Positions 8,380-18,279 of a stretch of 64,000 nt of DNA are shown piece after piece. Made by a program: the position numbers and the translations under genes. Origin of the DNA: Acetomicrobium hydrogeniformans (GTDB lineage: Bacteria > Synergistota > Synergistia > Synergistales > JAFGMB01); assembly GCA_016841745.1 (NCBI GenBank), contig JAENYO010000001.1, positions 120,799 through 184,798 on the forward strand. The letters run 5' to 3'. The notes under the pieces are model-generated. The model was not told the origin of the DNA. It searched no databases and saw nothing but the letters and a program-made list of their open reading frames with translations. Position 1 is the first letter of the stretch. Every line of letters begins with the position of its first letter.

Positions 8380-11216
8380 CTTTCCTTTCGCTGGGTCTCT
8401 TTGATATACTCCTTCAGGCTGCGAGAAGTGTAACCTTTCCGGGATTTTAGCAGATTATCAGGAGTTCCATGGAAAACTACCCTTCCGCCATTGTCTCCGC
8501 CCTCAAGTCCCAGATCGATTATGTAATCTGAAGAAACCAGAACATCAAGGTTATGTTCTATCACAAGAACACTATTACCCTTGTTAACAATTTTATGCAG
8601 GATTTTCAATAGTTTTCTGACATCGGTATAGAAAAGGCCAGTAGTAGGTTCATCAAGGATATATAGGGTGTGACCAGTAAAACGTTTGCTCAACTCCTTG
8701 CCCAGCTTGACCCTCTGAGCTTCTCCCCCACTGAGAGTAAGGGCAGACTGACCCAGTTTAATATATCCCAGACCAGCATCCTGCAACAGTGCAAGTTTGG
8801 ATGATATACGGGGTATATCCTGAAAAAAGGTTTTCGCTTCATCTACAGTCATATCAAGAACTTCTGAAATATTTTTACCTTTATAATGTACTTCAAGAGT
8901 CTCGCTATTATACCTTTTTCCATCACATACTTCACACTTAACATAAACATCAGGCAGGAAAAGCATGGAAACCTTGACAGAACCTCCTCCGCCACATGCT
9001 TCACATCTTCCCCCTTTGATATTGAAACTGAACCGGCCGGGAGAATAACCGCGCATTCTGGATTCCGGAACTTTGGAAAAAAGCTCCCTTATAAGGGTAA
9101 ATAGGCCTGTGTACGTTGCTGGATTGGACCTCGGGGTTCTCCCAATAGGAGACTGATCTACAAGAACTACATTTTTCAGTACTTCCCAGCCTTCAATAGT
9201 CATATATTTGCCGGGCCTCTCTCGAAAATCGGAATCAAGAGACCGTTTAAGTCCCTTATAAAGTACTTCATGAGTCAAGGTACTCTTGCCTGAACCTGAA
9301 ACCCCGCTGATACATGTAAAGACACCCAGAGGAATGTTTACATTGATATTTTTCAGGTTGTTATGACAGGCACCGGTCACCTTTATCCAGTTCTCAGGTT
9401 TTCGAGGAGTAAGCGAAACCTTTGTTATTCCCGATGCCTTGCCATTAAGAAATGGCGCTGTCAGAGATCCTTCAGTTTTCAGGTGATCCAAATCCCCTGA
9501 CTGAACTATTTCTCCCCCCTTTTCACCAGCTTCCGGTCCCATTTCAATTATGAAATCAGCATGGCACATGGTATCACGATCATGCTCCACTACTATAACA
9601 GTATTTCCAAGATCTCTTATCGACAACAATGTCTTAAGTAGACGGTCCGTATCTCTTGGATGAAGGCCAATTGTAGGTTCGTCAAGGACATACATAACAC
9701 CTGTGAGTTTAGAACCTATCTGGGTAGCGAGTCTAATCCTCTGACTTTCTCCTCCACTCAGGGAATCAGCTCTTCTATTGAGAGAAAGATATCCTACTCC
9801 CACATCCATAAGGAAACTCAGTCTTTTCATCAACTCCACTAGAAGCTGGCCAACAATTGATTCTTCTTTAGCACTGAGATTGATTCCTTTAATTATTCCA
9901 GTCAAGTCCTGAACTGGAATCCCTACCATATCTCCAATGGTATATTTCCCGACTCTAACCATAAGAGCTTCAGGTTTTAGACGTAATCCGTGGCATTTCT
10001 GACATATATCTTCAACCCTGAACTTGGAAAGCTCATCAAGAACATTATCAGAATCAGTTTCCCTCCAGCGACTCTCAAGCCACGGTAACAATCCCTCATA
10101 TCTCCCCATATAGGTCCTGACCATTGACCGATCTTTGAATTCAAGTGATATTCTTTGATCGGAACCATAAAGAATAAATTCTTTTTCACTTTTAGAAAGA
10201 TCTTTAAAAGGTTTGGTAAGATACCAATTGTTATATTCTGCAAACCGTTCAAGCTTGTTGATCATATAATGTTTTTTCTTCCAGGGAAGGAGGGCTCCTT
10301 CAAATACTGAGCGGAGAGGATCTGTAGCTGACTCTTCTGAAAAATACTGGTGACTCCCAAGACCTGAACAATCAGGACAGGCACCGTAGGGATTATTGAA
10401 TGAAAAAAGTCGCGGTTCGACTTCAGGAAGGGATATGCCACACTCTGGGCATACATAGTTTTCAGTGAGTATCTTCTCTACAGACTCACCACAGATCATC
10501 ACATATCCTTCGCTTAAAGAAAGCGCTGTTTCCACTGCTTCAGCTATTCTGTTCTTTCTTTCAGGTAAAACCTTAAGTCTATCTACTATAACCTCAATAT
10601 TATGTTTTTTATTCTTGTCCAGAGGAATCTCTTCCTCCAGCCACATAACAGAACCATCGACCCTGATACGCATAAACCCCTGTTCCCGATTCCTGGCAAA
10701 GAGATTCCTGAATTCGCCCTTCTTTCCTCTGACCTGGGGAGACATTATCTCTATCTTTTCTCCTTTGAAGGCCCTATAGAGTTCATCAAGGATCTCGTCA
10801 AGTGAATATTTCATTACAGGCATTCCACAGGAAGGACAATAAGGTATACCTATTCTCCCGAAAAGGAGACGAAGATGATCGTATATTTCCGTAACAGTAC
10901 CTACTGTTGATCTGGGGTTATGTGAAGTCCCCTTCTGCTCTATTGATATGGCAGGAGAAAGGCCGGAGATATCATCCACATCCGGCTTATCCTGAACTCC
11001 CAGAAACTGACGCGCATATGCAGAAAGTGATTCGACATACCTTCTCTGTCCTTCTGCATAAAGAGTATCAAACGCAAGAGAAGATTTCCCTGATCCTGAA
11101 GGGCCTGTTATAACGACAAATTTATCTTTTGGAATATTTACGTTTATATTTTTTAGATTGTGTTCTCTTGCCCCCCGTATTCTTATGAAGCGTTCCACCC
11201 TGTTCTTCTCCTCCAT
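8376..11216 (-). CDS. uvrA: excinuclease ABC subunit A
   Basis: Contains IRIRGAREHNLKNINVNIPKDKFVVITGPSGSGKSSLAFDTLYAEGQRRY, two ABC modules and zinc-finger Cys pairs. The track start is TTG 11228. ATG 11216 or GTG 11198 (GGAGGAG 9 nt upstream) is more likely. Confidence 0.95.
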   Translation of the reverse strand: MEEKNRVERFIRIRGAREHNLKNINVNIPKDKFVVITGPSGSGKSSLAFDTLYAEGQRRYVESLSAYARQFLGVQDKPDVDDISGLSPAISIEQKGTSHNPRSTVGTVTEIYDHLRLLFGRIGIPYCPSCGMPVMKYSLDEILDELYRAFKGEKIEIMSPQVRGKKGEFRNLFARNREQGFMRIRVDGSVMWLEEEIPLDKNKKHNIEVIVDRLKVLPERKNRIAEAVETALSLSEGYVMICGESVEKILTENYVCPECGISLPEVEPRLFSFNNPYGACPDCSGLGSHQYFSEESATDPLRSVFEGALLPWKKKHYMINKLERFAEYNNWYLTKPFKDLSKSEKEFILYGSDQRISLEFKDRSMVRTYMGRYEGLLPWLESRWRETDSDNVLDELSKFRVEDICQKCHGLRLKPEALMVRVGKYTIGDMVGIPVQDLTGIIKGINLSAKEESIVGQLLVELMKRLSFLMDVGVGYLSLNRRADSLSGGESQRIRLATQIGSKLTGVMYVLDEPTIGLHPRDTDRLLKTLLSIRDLGNTVIVVEHDRDTMCHADFIIEMGPEAGEKGGEIVQSGDLDHLKTEGSLTAPFLNGKASGITKVSLTPRKPENWIKVTGACHNNLKNINVNIPLGVFTCISGVSGSGKSTLTHEVLYKGLKRSLDSDFRERPGKYMTIEGWEVLKNVVLVDQSPIGRTPRSNPATYTGLFTLIRELFSKVPESRMRGYSPGRFSFNIKGGRCEACGGGGSVKVSMLFLPDVYVKCEVCDGKRYNSETLEVHYKGKNISEVLDMTVDEAKTFFQDIPRISSKLALLQDAGLGYIKLGQSALTLSGGEAQRVKLGKELSKRFTGHTLYILDEPTTGLFYTDVRKLLKILHKIVNKGNSVLVIEHNLDVLVSSDYIIDLGLEGGDNGGRVVFHGTPDNLLKSRKGYTSRSLKEYIKETQRKER

Positions 11217-13158
11217 TTCTGCTGACAAGAAGATCCCTTATCGTTGCTGCTTTTTCGAAATCAAGCTTCTCAACGGCATTCCACATCATTTCTTCAAGAA
11301 TCTGTAAAGGTAATCCATTTGCGGCATCACCGGCAACCCTGCTTGAAGATGGAATTTCCTTTACAAGATCCTCTGGAAGCAGGTTGATAATGTCCTTGGA
11401 AATGGACATCGGAATAATACCATGTTCTTCATTATATTTTAACTGGAGGAACCGTCTGCGTTGCGTCTCATCCATAGCAGAGCGGATACTCCCTGTAATG
11501 TCATCTGCATATAACACAACCACTCCAGAAACATTTCTTGCAGCTCGTCCCATGATCTGAATGAGAGATCTGTGAGAACGGAGAAATCCTTCCCTGTCTG
11601 CATCAAGGATGGCGACAAGAGCCACTTCTGGGAGATCCAGTCCTTCTCTGAGAAGGTTTATCCCGACAAGAATGGAAATATCTCCCTTTCGAAGATCCTG
11701 TAGAAGTTCAGCTCTTTCGAAAGTATTGAGTTCTGAGTGAATATATTTCACTTTAAAACCCAGGTCTGATAGATATTCAGAGAGATCCTCCGAGGCTCTT
11801 TTTGTGAGGGTGATAACAAGCGCTCTCTGTTCATTTTTGACGATAGACCTGAGTCTGTAAACAAGGTCATCTACCTGCCCTGTTGCTGGGGATATTTCAA
11901 CTTCAGGATCTAGAACCCCTGTCGGCCTGACTATCTGCTCCACTATCTTCTGACTGACAGACTTTTCCCAATCACCTGGCGTCGCTGACACAAAAATAAC
12001 CTGCTTAAGATATTGATAGAATTCTTCCCAGTTTAAAGGCCTGTTATCCAGACATGAAGGAAGTCTGAAACCATTTTCTACAAGCGTTAGTTTTCTAGAC
12101 CTATCTCCGTTATACATCCCTTTAATTTGAGGAATGGTTATATGGGATTCATCGATAACCATCAGGAAATCTTCCGGAAAGAAATCAAGCAGGGATCCTG
12201 GAGCTTCTCCCGGGTTCCTGCCATCAAGAAAACGGGAATAGTTCTCGATACCAGAGCAGTATCCGACTTCAGACAACATTTCCATATCATATCTGGTTCT
12301 CATTTTAAGCCTTTGAGCTTCCAGATATTTCCCTACCCTAAGAAATTTCTCGACTTCTTCTTCCATTTCCGCTTCGATCTTACCCAAAGCATCCCTTATG
12401 GCAGTATCACTAGTTACATAATGCTGAGCTGGGAAAATAGATGCCTTGGTTTTCACACCAAATGATTTTCCCAAAAGAGGATCGATCTCTTCAATTCTTT
12501 CAATCTCTTCATCAAAAAATGATATCCTCAAAGCATTATCACTATAAGCTGGAAATATCTCAATAATATCTCCCCGGACTCTGAAGCTTCCTGGCTGAAG
12601 GTTCACATCATTTCGTTCATAGTAGTTCTGCACAAGTTTCTCAATAAATGAGCGTCTGACAACAGTATCTCCAACTTCAAATCTGAAAACAGCGTCTTCA
12701 TAGGTTTGTCGCCTGCCAAGACCGTAAATGCATGAAACACTTGCAACAACGATCACATCTCTTCTCTCGAGAAGGGATTTAGTAGTTGCAAGACGTAGTT
12801 TTTCGATCTTTTCATTTATGGACGCATCCTTTTCGATGTACACATCACTGGAGGGAACATAAGCCTCTGGCTGGTAGTAATCATAATAGCTCACAAAATA
12901 GTTTACGGAATTAGAGGGGAAAAAAGATTTGAACTCGCTGTAAAGCTGTGCTGCAAGAGTCTTATTATGAGCCAGGACTAGAAGAGGACGCTGGATTTCC
13001 TGGATGACATTGGCTATGGTAAAGGTTTTGCCACTTCCAGTAACGCCAAGAAGTGTCTGATACTGGTATCCCTTCTTTATCCCCTGAAGAAGATCTTCAA
13101 TAGCCTTGGGCTGATCTCCTGATGCATTCCACTGCGATTTGAGTTCAAATCGGTCCAT
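11122..13158 (-). CDS. uvrB: excinuclease ABC subunit B
   Basis: 678 aa with a helicase core (GVTGSGKTFT, DESH) and a C-terminal UVR domain (LDFEKAATIRDLL). The last ~26-32 codons overlap uvrA out of frame. Confidence 0.95.
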   Translation of the reverse strand: MDRFELKSQWNASGDQPKAIEDLLQGIKKGYQYQTLLGVTGSGKTFTIANVIQEIQRPLLVLAHNKTLAAQLYSEFKSFFPSNSVNYFVSYYDYYQPEAYVPSSDVYIEKDASINEKIEKLRLATTKSLLERRDVIVVASVSCIYGLGRRQTYEDAVFRFEVGDTVVRRSFIEKLVQNYYERNDVNLQPGSFRVRGDIIEIFPAYSDNALRISFFDEEIERIEEIDPLLGKSFGVKTKASIFPAQHYVTSDTAIRDALGKIEAEMEEEVEKFLRVGKYLEAQRLKMRTRYDMEMLSEVGYCSGIENYSRFLDGRNPGEAPGSLLDFFPEDFLMVIDESHITIPQIKGMYNGDRSRKLTLVENGFRLPSCLDNRPLNWEEFYQYLKQVIFVSATPGDWEKSVSQKIVEQIVRPTGVLDPEVEISPATGQVDDLVYRLRSIVKNEQRALVITLTKRASEDLSEYLSDLGFKVKYIHSELNTFERAELLQDLRKGDISILVGINLLREGLDLPEVALVAILDADREGFLRSHRSLIQIMGRAARNVSGVVVLYADDITGSIRSAMDETQRRRFLQLKYNEEHGIIPMSISKDIINLLPEDLVKEIPSSSRVAGDAANGLPLQILEEMMWNAVEKLDFEKAATIRDLLVSRNGGEEQGGTLHKNTGGKRTQSKKYKRKYSKR

Positions 13159-13196
13159 TTCATACTCCAGTTCTCATAACTCTTGAGAAATAAACA

Positions 13197-13226
13197 AGGA
13201 GCGTGGAGGAATCCCTCTACGCTCCT
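13197..13226 (-). terminator. intrinsic terminator after ftsH
   Basis: AGGAGCGTGGAGG-aatc-CCTCTACGCTCCT forms a 13-bp stem with one G-U pair. On the minus strand it is followed by TGTTTATTTCT. Confidence 0.7.
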
Positions 13227-13276
13227 GATTCTACATGTCCGGTCCCATTTTGCCTTGAGAAGAAACATATATCCGT

Positions 13277-15229
13277 TTAAACTGGCACTGTATCCGGATT
13301 ATCTCCAGCGATGCTGTCAGCACCATAGGAAGTCTTATCCTCGATATCAGGATTAGGGATCTTTTCCTTGACACTATCCCCTGTTTCCAATTCGTCAACT
13401 GCTGGAGATTCCTCTTCCATCCCAAGTATAGCATCAAGTTCCTTACCTTCAATGACCTCTTTTTCAAGGAGGGTTTTTGCAACTTTCGCGAGATCTTCAG
13501 AATTATCCGTCAAGATCTGACGAACCTTACTGTAACAGGAATCTATTATACTACGAATCTCCTGGTCAATAGCATAGGCTATTTCTTCACTGTAATTTCT
13601 TTCCTCGGCAATATCACGGCCCAGGAATATCTCATGACGCTTGTGTCCAAGTTTAACAAGACCCAGGCGGTCACTCATTCCAAATTCCATTACCATCTGT
13701 CGAGCTATCTGGGTAGCCCTCTCCAGGTCGTTTCCTGCACCTGTGGTTACATCTCCAAATTCAAGCTCCTCGGCAACTCGACCACCAAGAAGGATACAGA
13801 TTTTATTTTCAAGTTCAAGTTTAGACATAAGGAATCTGTCTTCCTCCGGAAGCTGCAGGGTATAACCAAGAGCCATGTGACCGCGAGGGATTATAGATAT
13901 CTTGTGGACTGGATCAGACCCGGGGAGATGTTTTGCTACAAGAGCATGACCGGTTTCATGATAGGCAATGATGTTTTTTTCTCTTGGACTTATTAGTCTG
14001 CTTTTTCTCTCGGGGCCAGCTAGAACCCGGTCTATGCCTTCTTCAAAATCATCCATTTCAACGACTTTTTTCCCCTGACGGGCGGCAAGAAGTGCAGCCT
14101 CGTTAACAAGATTAGCAATATCCGCTCCTACAAAACCTGGAGTTCTTCTCGCTATCACACCAAGATCAATGTCATCTGCAATCTTTTTATCTTTTAGATG
14201 TACTTTCAGGATGGCTTCCCTCCCTTTGACATCGGGCCTGTCAACAACTATATGCCTGTCAAATCGGCCTGGCCTCAGAAGTGCTGGGTCAAGGATATCA
14301 GGCCTGTTGGTGGCAGCTATAAGTATGATACCTGTTGTTTCGTCAAAACCGTCAAGCTCGACAAGAAGTTGATTCAGAGTCTGTTCCCTTTCATCATGGC
14401 CGCCTCCTAAGCCTGCTCCACGATGTCTACCGACAGCATCCATTTCATCAATAAAGATTATACAAGGCTGATATTTTCTTGCCTGTTCAAAAAGATCTCT
14501 TACCCTGGCAGCTCCTACGCCAACAAACATCTCGACAAAGTCTGAACCGCTGACACTGAAAAAGGGGACATCTGCTTCTCCAGCTGAAGCACGGGCGAGA
14601 AGGGTTTTTCCTGTTCCAGGAGGACCAAGTAACAGAACACCTCTGGGAACCCTGGCACCAAGAGCAACAAACTTACTGGGATCTCTGAGGTACTGAATAA
14701 CCTCACTTAACTCCTCTTTGGATTCATCACAGCCAGCCACATCACCAAAGGTCACCTTGGGACGATTGTCCAGAAAAAGCTTGGCCTTGCTCTTAGCAAA
14801 ATTCATTACCTTTCCTCCACCGCCCTGCATGTGGTAAAGGAAAAATATCCACACTCCTATCAGCAGAAGTGTAGGAAAAAGGGATGAAAGGATTGCTGCC
14901 CACCATGGAGTTTTCTGCGGCGGTTCAACTTTAACGTCTACTCCTTTATCCGCAATCTGCTTGGCCAGGTCACCCACACCGACTACATATGTTTTAAAAC
15001 TCTCTCCGCTTGTAAATTCTCCCTGAATAACTGAATCATTTATGTTTACAGTGTTAACCTTACCAGTATCCACAGCGGAAAGGAACTGACTGTAACTGAT
15101 CACTTGGGAATCAGGAGGATTCTCCGTTGGAGAAAGAAAAACGTTAACCAGACTGACCACAAGAACAATTAATATTAAGTACAGACCTAAATTTTTCGCT
15201 AAACGGCGCAAAAGATCGCCACCTCTCAT
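13277..15229 (-). CDS. ftsH: ATP-dependent zinc metalloprotease FtsH
   Basis: 650 aa with an N-terminal TM pair, AAA motifs GPPGTGKT and IIFIDEMD, and the HETGHA zinc site. Confidence 0.95.
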   Translation of the reverse strand: MRGGDLLRRLAKNLGLYLILIVLVVSLVNVFLSPTENPPDSQVISYSQFLSAVDTGKVNTVNINDSVIQGEFTSGESFKTYVVGVGDLAKQIADKGVDVKVEPPQKTPWWAAILSSLFPTLLLIGVWIFFLYHMQGGGGKVMNFAKSKAKLFLDNRPKVTFGDVAGCDESKEELSEVIQYLRDPSKFVALGARVPRGVLLLGPPGTGKTLLARASAGEADVPFFSVSGSDFVEMFVGVGAARVRDLFEQARKYQPCIIFIDEMDAVGRHRGAGLGGGHDEREQTLNQLLVELDGFDETTGIILIAATNRPDILDPALLRPGRFDRHIVVDRPDVKGREAILKVHLKDKKIADDIDLGVIARRTPGFVGADIANLVNEAALLAARQGKKVVEMDDFEEGIDRVLAGPERKSRLISPREKNIIAYHETGHALVAKHLPGSDPVHKISIIPRGHMALGYTLQLPEEDRFLMSKLELENKICILLGGRVAEELEFGDVTTGAGNDLERATQIARQMVMEFGMSDRLGLVKLGHKRHEIFLGRDIAEERNYSEEIAYAIDQEIRSIIDSCYSKVRQILTDNSEDLAKVAKTLLEKEVIEGKELDAILGMEEESPAVDELETGDSVKEKIPNPDIEDKTSYGADSIAGDNPDTVPV

Positions 15230-15786
15230 CCTTTCAGAATTTCATTGTTACACTTTTCCACACGATAGATATCAGGAAGATTTCTCCACATTCCAGCATA
15301 ATCAAGACCATAACCTACAACAAAATCGTCAGGTATCTCAAAACCCCTGAAATCAACTTCAACATTGATCTTCCTTTTTTCAACTTTATCTAATAATACA
15401 CATACTTTCACACTTTTGGGTGAACGTTCCTTAAATAATTTCACCAGGTAAGAAAGAGTAAGTCCAGTATCAACTATATCCTCTACAATCAAAACATGTT
15501 TATCCTTGATGCTGGCATCCACATCCTTGATAATTTTCACGATACCGGAAGTTCTCGTAGAATCTCCATATGAAGAAACAGCCATAAAATCAAGAACTAC
15601 TTTTACATCTTTATTGATAAAACGAACCAGATCGGAGAGGAAGACAACAGCTCCTTTGAGTATGCCTACAACTACAAGGTCCTCCCCTTTATAAAGATTA
15701 CTTATTTCCAGCCCAAGTCTTTCAACTCGATCTTCAATCTCCTGTGACCCTATAAGTACATTGGACAGAACATAATCCATGTTCAA
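15226..15786 (-). CDS. hpt: hypoxanthine phosphoribosyltransferase
   Basis: 186 aa with the PRPP loop VLIVEDIVDTGLTL. It lies in the conserved tilS-hpt-ftsH order. Confidence 0.9.
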   Translation of the reverse strand: MNMDYVLSNVLIGSQEIEDRVERLGLEISNLYKGEDLVVVGILKGAVVFLSDLVRFINKDVKVVLDFMAVSSYGDSTRTSGIVKIIKDVDASIKDKHVLIVEDIVDTGLTLSYLVKLFKERSPKSVKVCVLLDKVEKRKINVEVDFRGFEIPDDFVVGYGLDYAGMWRNLPDIYRVEKCNNEILKG

Positions 15787-17186
15787 ACTCCTTCCATCAG
15801 AATAACAGGTAATACTGTAATTCGTAAGAACTTATCAATCTTTCCCTTACTGACCAGAGATGAGTTATCATTATCAGACAGGGAAGGAAACCAGAATACT
15901 CTACTTCCTAAAGAGAGAACAGGCCAGGCCTTGCGGATCCACCAGGGGATACTCTGAAACTTTGAACCTGAACAGAATTCAGCATGACTGGTAATTTGAA
16001 GGGATACCTGTTCAGCTAGAGGCATAATAGCCTGTCTGCTACCGGAACCTGGATTTGTAAATCCTTGCTGAATGGTTTCCCACTCGATCTTCCATCCATT
16101 CCAGAAACATTCCCCCATTACTTCTTCCTCTGGGAAAGTAATGGAAAGTGCAGGCTGTTCCATGAATACATCTGTATCAACAAGACCAACAAAGCCTTTA
16201 CCGGCACATAGTTCGATGGAATCCTGCCATTGGAATCTCCATCGGCCTGAATCTCTGATAAGGGTTACCAGGTTGTCCAATCTCTTCCTGGACAGGGAGG
16301 TCATACCAAAAGTTCTCCCGATAGATCTGATAAATATAACAAGATCCTCATTCTTGAGCTTTCGGGCCCGATGAAGATCAAAACTGTAAATGCTGCCAGG
16401 AATTCTCCTCTCAAGATAAATCCTTATAGACCTTGATCTGTCTTCTTCGAGTTCCCGGAAAAAGGTCATATTGCCTGCAAGGTCAATAATATGTTTTTTA
16501 GCCTGTGCGTTGATGTTTTTCTCAATCCAGGGTAAAAGTTTATGCCTTATTCTGTTGCGTGTCATGGCAATATCATCATTTGTGAGATCTTCACACCATG
16601 AGATATTCCTGGATCTCAGTATTTCCCTTAACTCTTCCCTGTAAAAGTCTATAACGGGACGGACTATCCGTTCCCGTTTTTCAGGAATACCGACTAGACC
16701 AAATGGGCCTGTACCTCTTGTGAGGTTGTGGATGACAGTTTCTGCCTGGTCATCAGAATTATGGGCTACAGCTATCAACGATGCTTGATATATGTCAATT
16801 ACAGAATAGAGAAATTCATACCTGACCCTTCTTGCGGCCTCTTCGGTAGACTCTCCCTTTTCCTTAAGATCGGGAACAGATCTATGCTCTACTTCACAAT
16901 CAAGACCCCATGAAGTACATAAAAACTTCACAAAGTCTGCGTCGTTTATAGAATCCTGACCTCGAATACCATGTTCAAGATGAGCAACAATAATCTTACC
17001 AGTCCAGAATTCATGGAAAAACCATAACATAGCCACAGAATCGCTTCCGCCGGAAACAGCAAGGACAATGGGTTTATCTTCACTCCACCAACCTTGTCTT
17101 ATCCCGATATTCATAAACTTTCTTCGAAGGAAGGAATTCGAAAGGTTAAATGGCAACGATTTTGAAGTAAGATGATCTTTCCTCAT
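15783..17186 (-). CDS. tilS: tRNA(Ile)-lysidine synthase
   Basis: Contains the PP-loop VLAVSGGSDS. The track start 17258 is TTG with no SD. The in-frame ATG 17186 (MRKDH...) or ATG 17114 fits the family N-terminus better, so the start is uncertain. Confidence 0.85.
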   Translation of the reverse strand: MRKDHLTSKSLPFNLSNSFLRRKFMNIGIRQGWWSEDKPIVLAVSGGSDSVAMLWFFHEFWTGKIIVAHLEHGIRGQDSINDADFVKFLCTSWGLDCEVEHRSVPDLKEKGESTEEAARRVRYEFLYSVIDIYQASLIAVAHNSDDQAETVIHNLTRGTGPFGLVGIPEKRERIVRPVIDFYREELREILRSRNISWCEDLTNDDIAMTRNRIRHKLLPWIEKNINAQAKKHIIDLAGNMTFFRELEEDRSRSIRIYLERRIPGSIYSFDLHRARKLKNEDLVIFIRSIGRTFGMTSLSRKRLDNLVTLIRDSGRWRFQWQDSIELCAGKGFVGLVDTDVFMEQPALSITFPEEEVMGECFWNGWKIEWETIQQGFTNPGSGSRQAIMPLAEQVSLQITSHAEFCSGSKFQSIPWWIRKAWPVLSLGSRVFWFPSLSDNDNSSLVSKGKIDKFLRITVLPVILMEGV

Positions 17187-17283
17187 CCGGATTCTCTTTT
17201 CTGAAGGAGTGGGAGAGGATATTCCTCTCTCCAGATTGGAACTGAACTGAAAGATCAATTCGGTTCTGACTGACGACCATGTA

Positions 17284-17311
17284 TTATAACTGTAAATACC
17301 GGCTTAGACAA
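17284..17311 (-). promoter_or_regulatory. sigma70-type promoter for tilS-hpt-ftsH
   Basis: On the minus strand: TTGTCT, a 17-nt spacer, then TATAAT. Confidence 0.5.
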
Positions 17312-17396
17312 GATTGGTCATTTTCTTTATATCTGAGATTTATGGTCCAACCGGGATAACATGACCTTGCCCAGGAACCATTCCTGGACATTTCTC

Positions 17397-17428
17397 AAAA
17401 AAAAGCCCCCACATTAAGTGAGGGCTTT
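17397..17428 (-). terminator. intrinsic terminator after the tRNA cluster
   Basis: On the minus strand: AAAGCCCTCAC-ttaat-GTGGGGGCTTT (one mismatch) followed by TTTTT. Confidence 0.75.
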
Positions 17429-17439
17429 ATCTTGACGAT

Positions 17440-17516
17440 TGGTGGCGGTAACTGGAATCGAACCAGTGACACTACGGGTATGAACCGTATGCTCTAGCCA
17501 ACTGAGCTACACCGCC
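17440..17516 (-). tRNA. tRNA-Met(CAU), elongator type
   Basis: Sequence GGCGGTGTAGCTCAGTTGGCTAGAGCATACGGTTCATACCCGTAGTGTCACTGGTTCGATTCCAGTTACCGCCACCA. It folds as a cloverleaf with anticodon loop UUCAUAC and an encoded CCA. The 1:72 pair is normal, so it is not the initiator. tRNA-Ile2(CAU) cannot be strictly excluded by eye. Confidence 0.85.
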
Positions 17517-17518
17517 AG

Positions 17519-17596
<78 letters not shown>

Positions 17597-17615
17597 ATGT
17601 CAAAGCTTAATCTAC

Positions 17616-17702
17616 TGGTGCCGGACGCGGGACTCGAACCCGCACGGACTCTCGTCCACAGGATTTTAAGTCCCGTGCGTCTACCACTTCCGCCAGCCCG
17701 GC
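17616..17702 (-). tRNA. tRNA-Leu(UAA)
   Basis: Sequence GCCGGGCTGGCGGAAGTGGTAGACGCACGGGACTTAAAATCCTGTGGACGAGAGTCCGTGCGGGTTCGAGTCCCGCGTCCGGCACCA. It has a long variable arm, anticodon loop CUUAAAA and an encoded CCA. Confidence 0.95.
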
Positions 17703-17714
17703 CAGCGCTCAAAT

Positions 17715-17743
17715 ATTATAGGGATGAATATCGATTCCGTCAA
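17715..17743 (-). promoter_or_regulatory. sigma70-type promoter of the tRNA-Leu/fMet/Met operon
   Basis: On the minus strand: TTGACG, a 17-nt spacer, then TATAAT. The -10 ends 12 nt before the mature tRNA-Leu 5' end. Confidence 0.65.
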
Positions 17744-17791
17744 GGAAAAAAGAAATATATTTATGTTTTGCTTGACATCAGAAAAAAGAGA

Positions 17792-17833
17792 ATTTAAAGA
17801 AACTATTTGAGGATTTAAAGAAACTATTTAAGG
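17792..17833. repeat. 21-bp tandem direct repeat x2 (ATTTAAAGAAACTATTTGAGG / ATTTAAAGAAACTATTTAAGG)
   Basis: Two adjacent copies with 1 mismatch. They are A/T-rich and lie 49-90 bp upstream of the tRNA promoter -35. Confidence 0.8.
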
Positions 17834-17860
17834 TTGTAAACACGATCATGCATAAAGCTC

Positions 17861-18067
17861 TTACTGATCTTGTTTAACGGTAGAACTGTCACTGATTAAT
17901 TTACCTGATATCGCAAAATTGGAATGTTCCATTTCATCAATTATAATCCTGACCTGTTCAGGTCTGACCTCAAGACATCTACATATTGTTTTTGTCAATT
18001 CAGAAGTCAACATTCTTTTCTTTTCAACGGTTCTTCCCTGGAGAAGGTGAATCTCAAGGATTGGCAT
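17861..18067 (-). CDS. 4-oxalocrotonate tautomerase family protein
   Basis: The product starts MPILEIHLLQGRTVEKKRML (catalytic Pro1 after Met removal). GGAGG lies 7 nt before ATG 18067. The track adds one TTG codon. Confidence 0.8.
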   Translation of the reverse strand: MPILEIHLLQGRTVEKKRMLTSELTKTICRCLEVRPEQVRIIIDEMEHSNFAISGKLISDSSTVKQDQ

Positions 18068-18191
18068 CAATAAACCTCCATTGAATCAGATTTACATTTA
18101 GTATATTAGTTTTCATTGGTAATTGCAAAGTATCATCTTAAAAGATACTACTGTGCGTTACCCCAGGTTGTGTTCATAGAAACATAATGAT

Positions 18192-18220
18192 TTGACATCA
18201 TCGGGATACCATGCTAAACT
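18192..18220 (+). promoter_or_regulatory. sigma70-type promoter of the aminotransferase gene
   Basis: TTGACA, a 17-nt spacer, then TAAACT. The track's ATG 18211 lies inside this spacer. Confidence 0.5.
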
Positions 18221-18279
18221 CCCCAAAGAACAAATATGCTGCACCACTTCATCATAACAGAGCGACTGGAGGCTACATA

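Noticed and set aside
13077-13482. Small minus-strand ORFs (63 and 83 aa) bridge the ftsH end, the terminator and the uvrB start.
   Set aside because: They are out of frame with both conserved genes and run through a terminator hairpin.
17597-17797. A 66-aa plus-strand ORF.
   Set aside because: It is the antisense of tRNA-Leu and its promoter.
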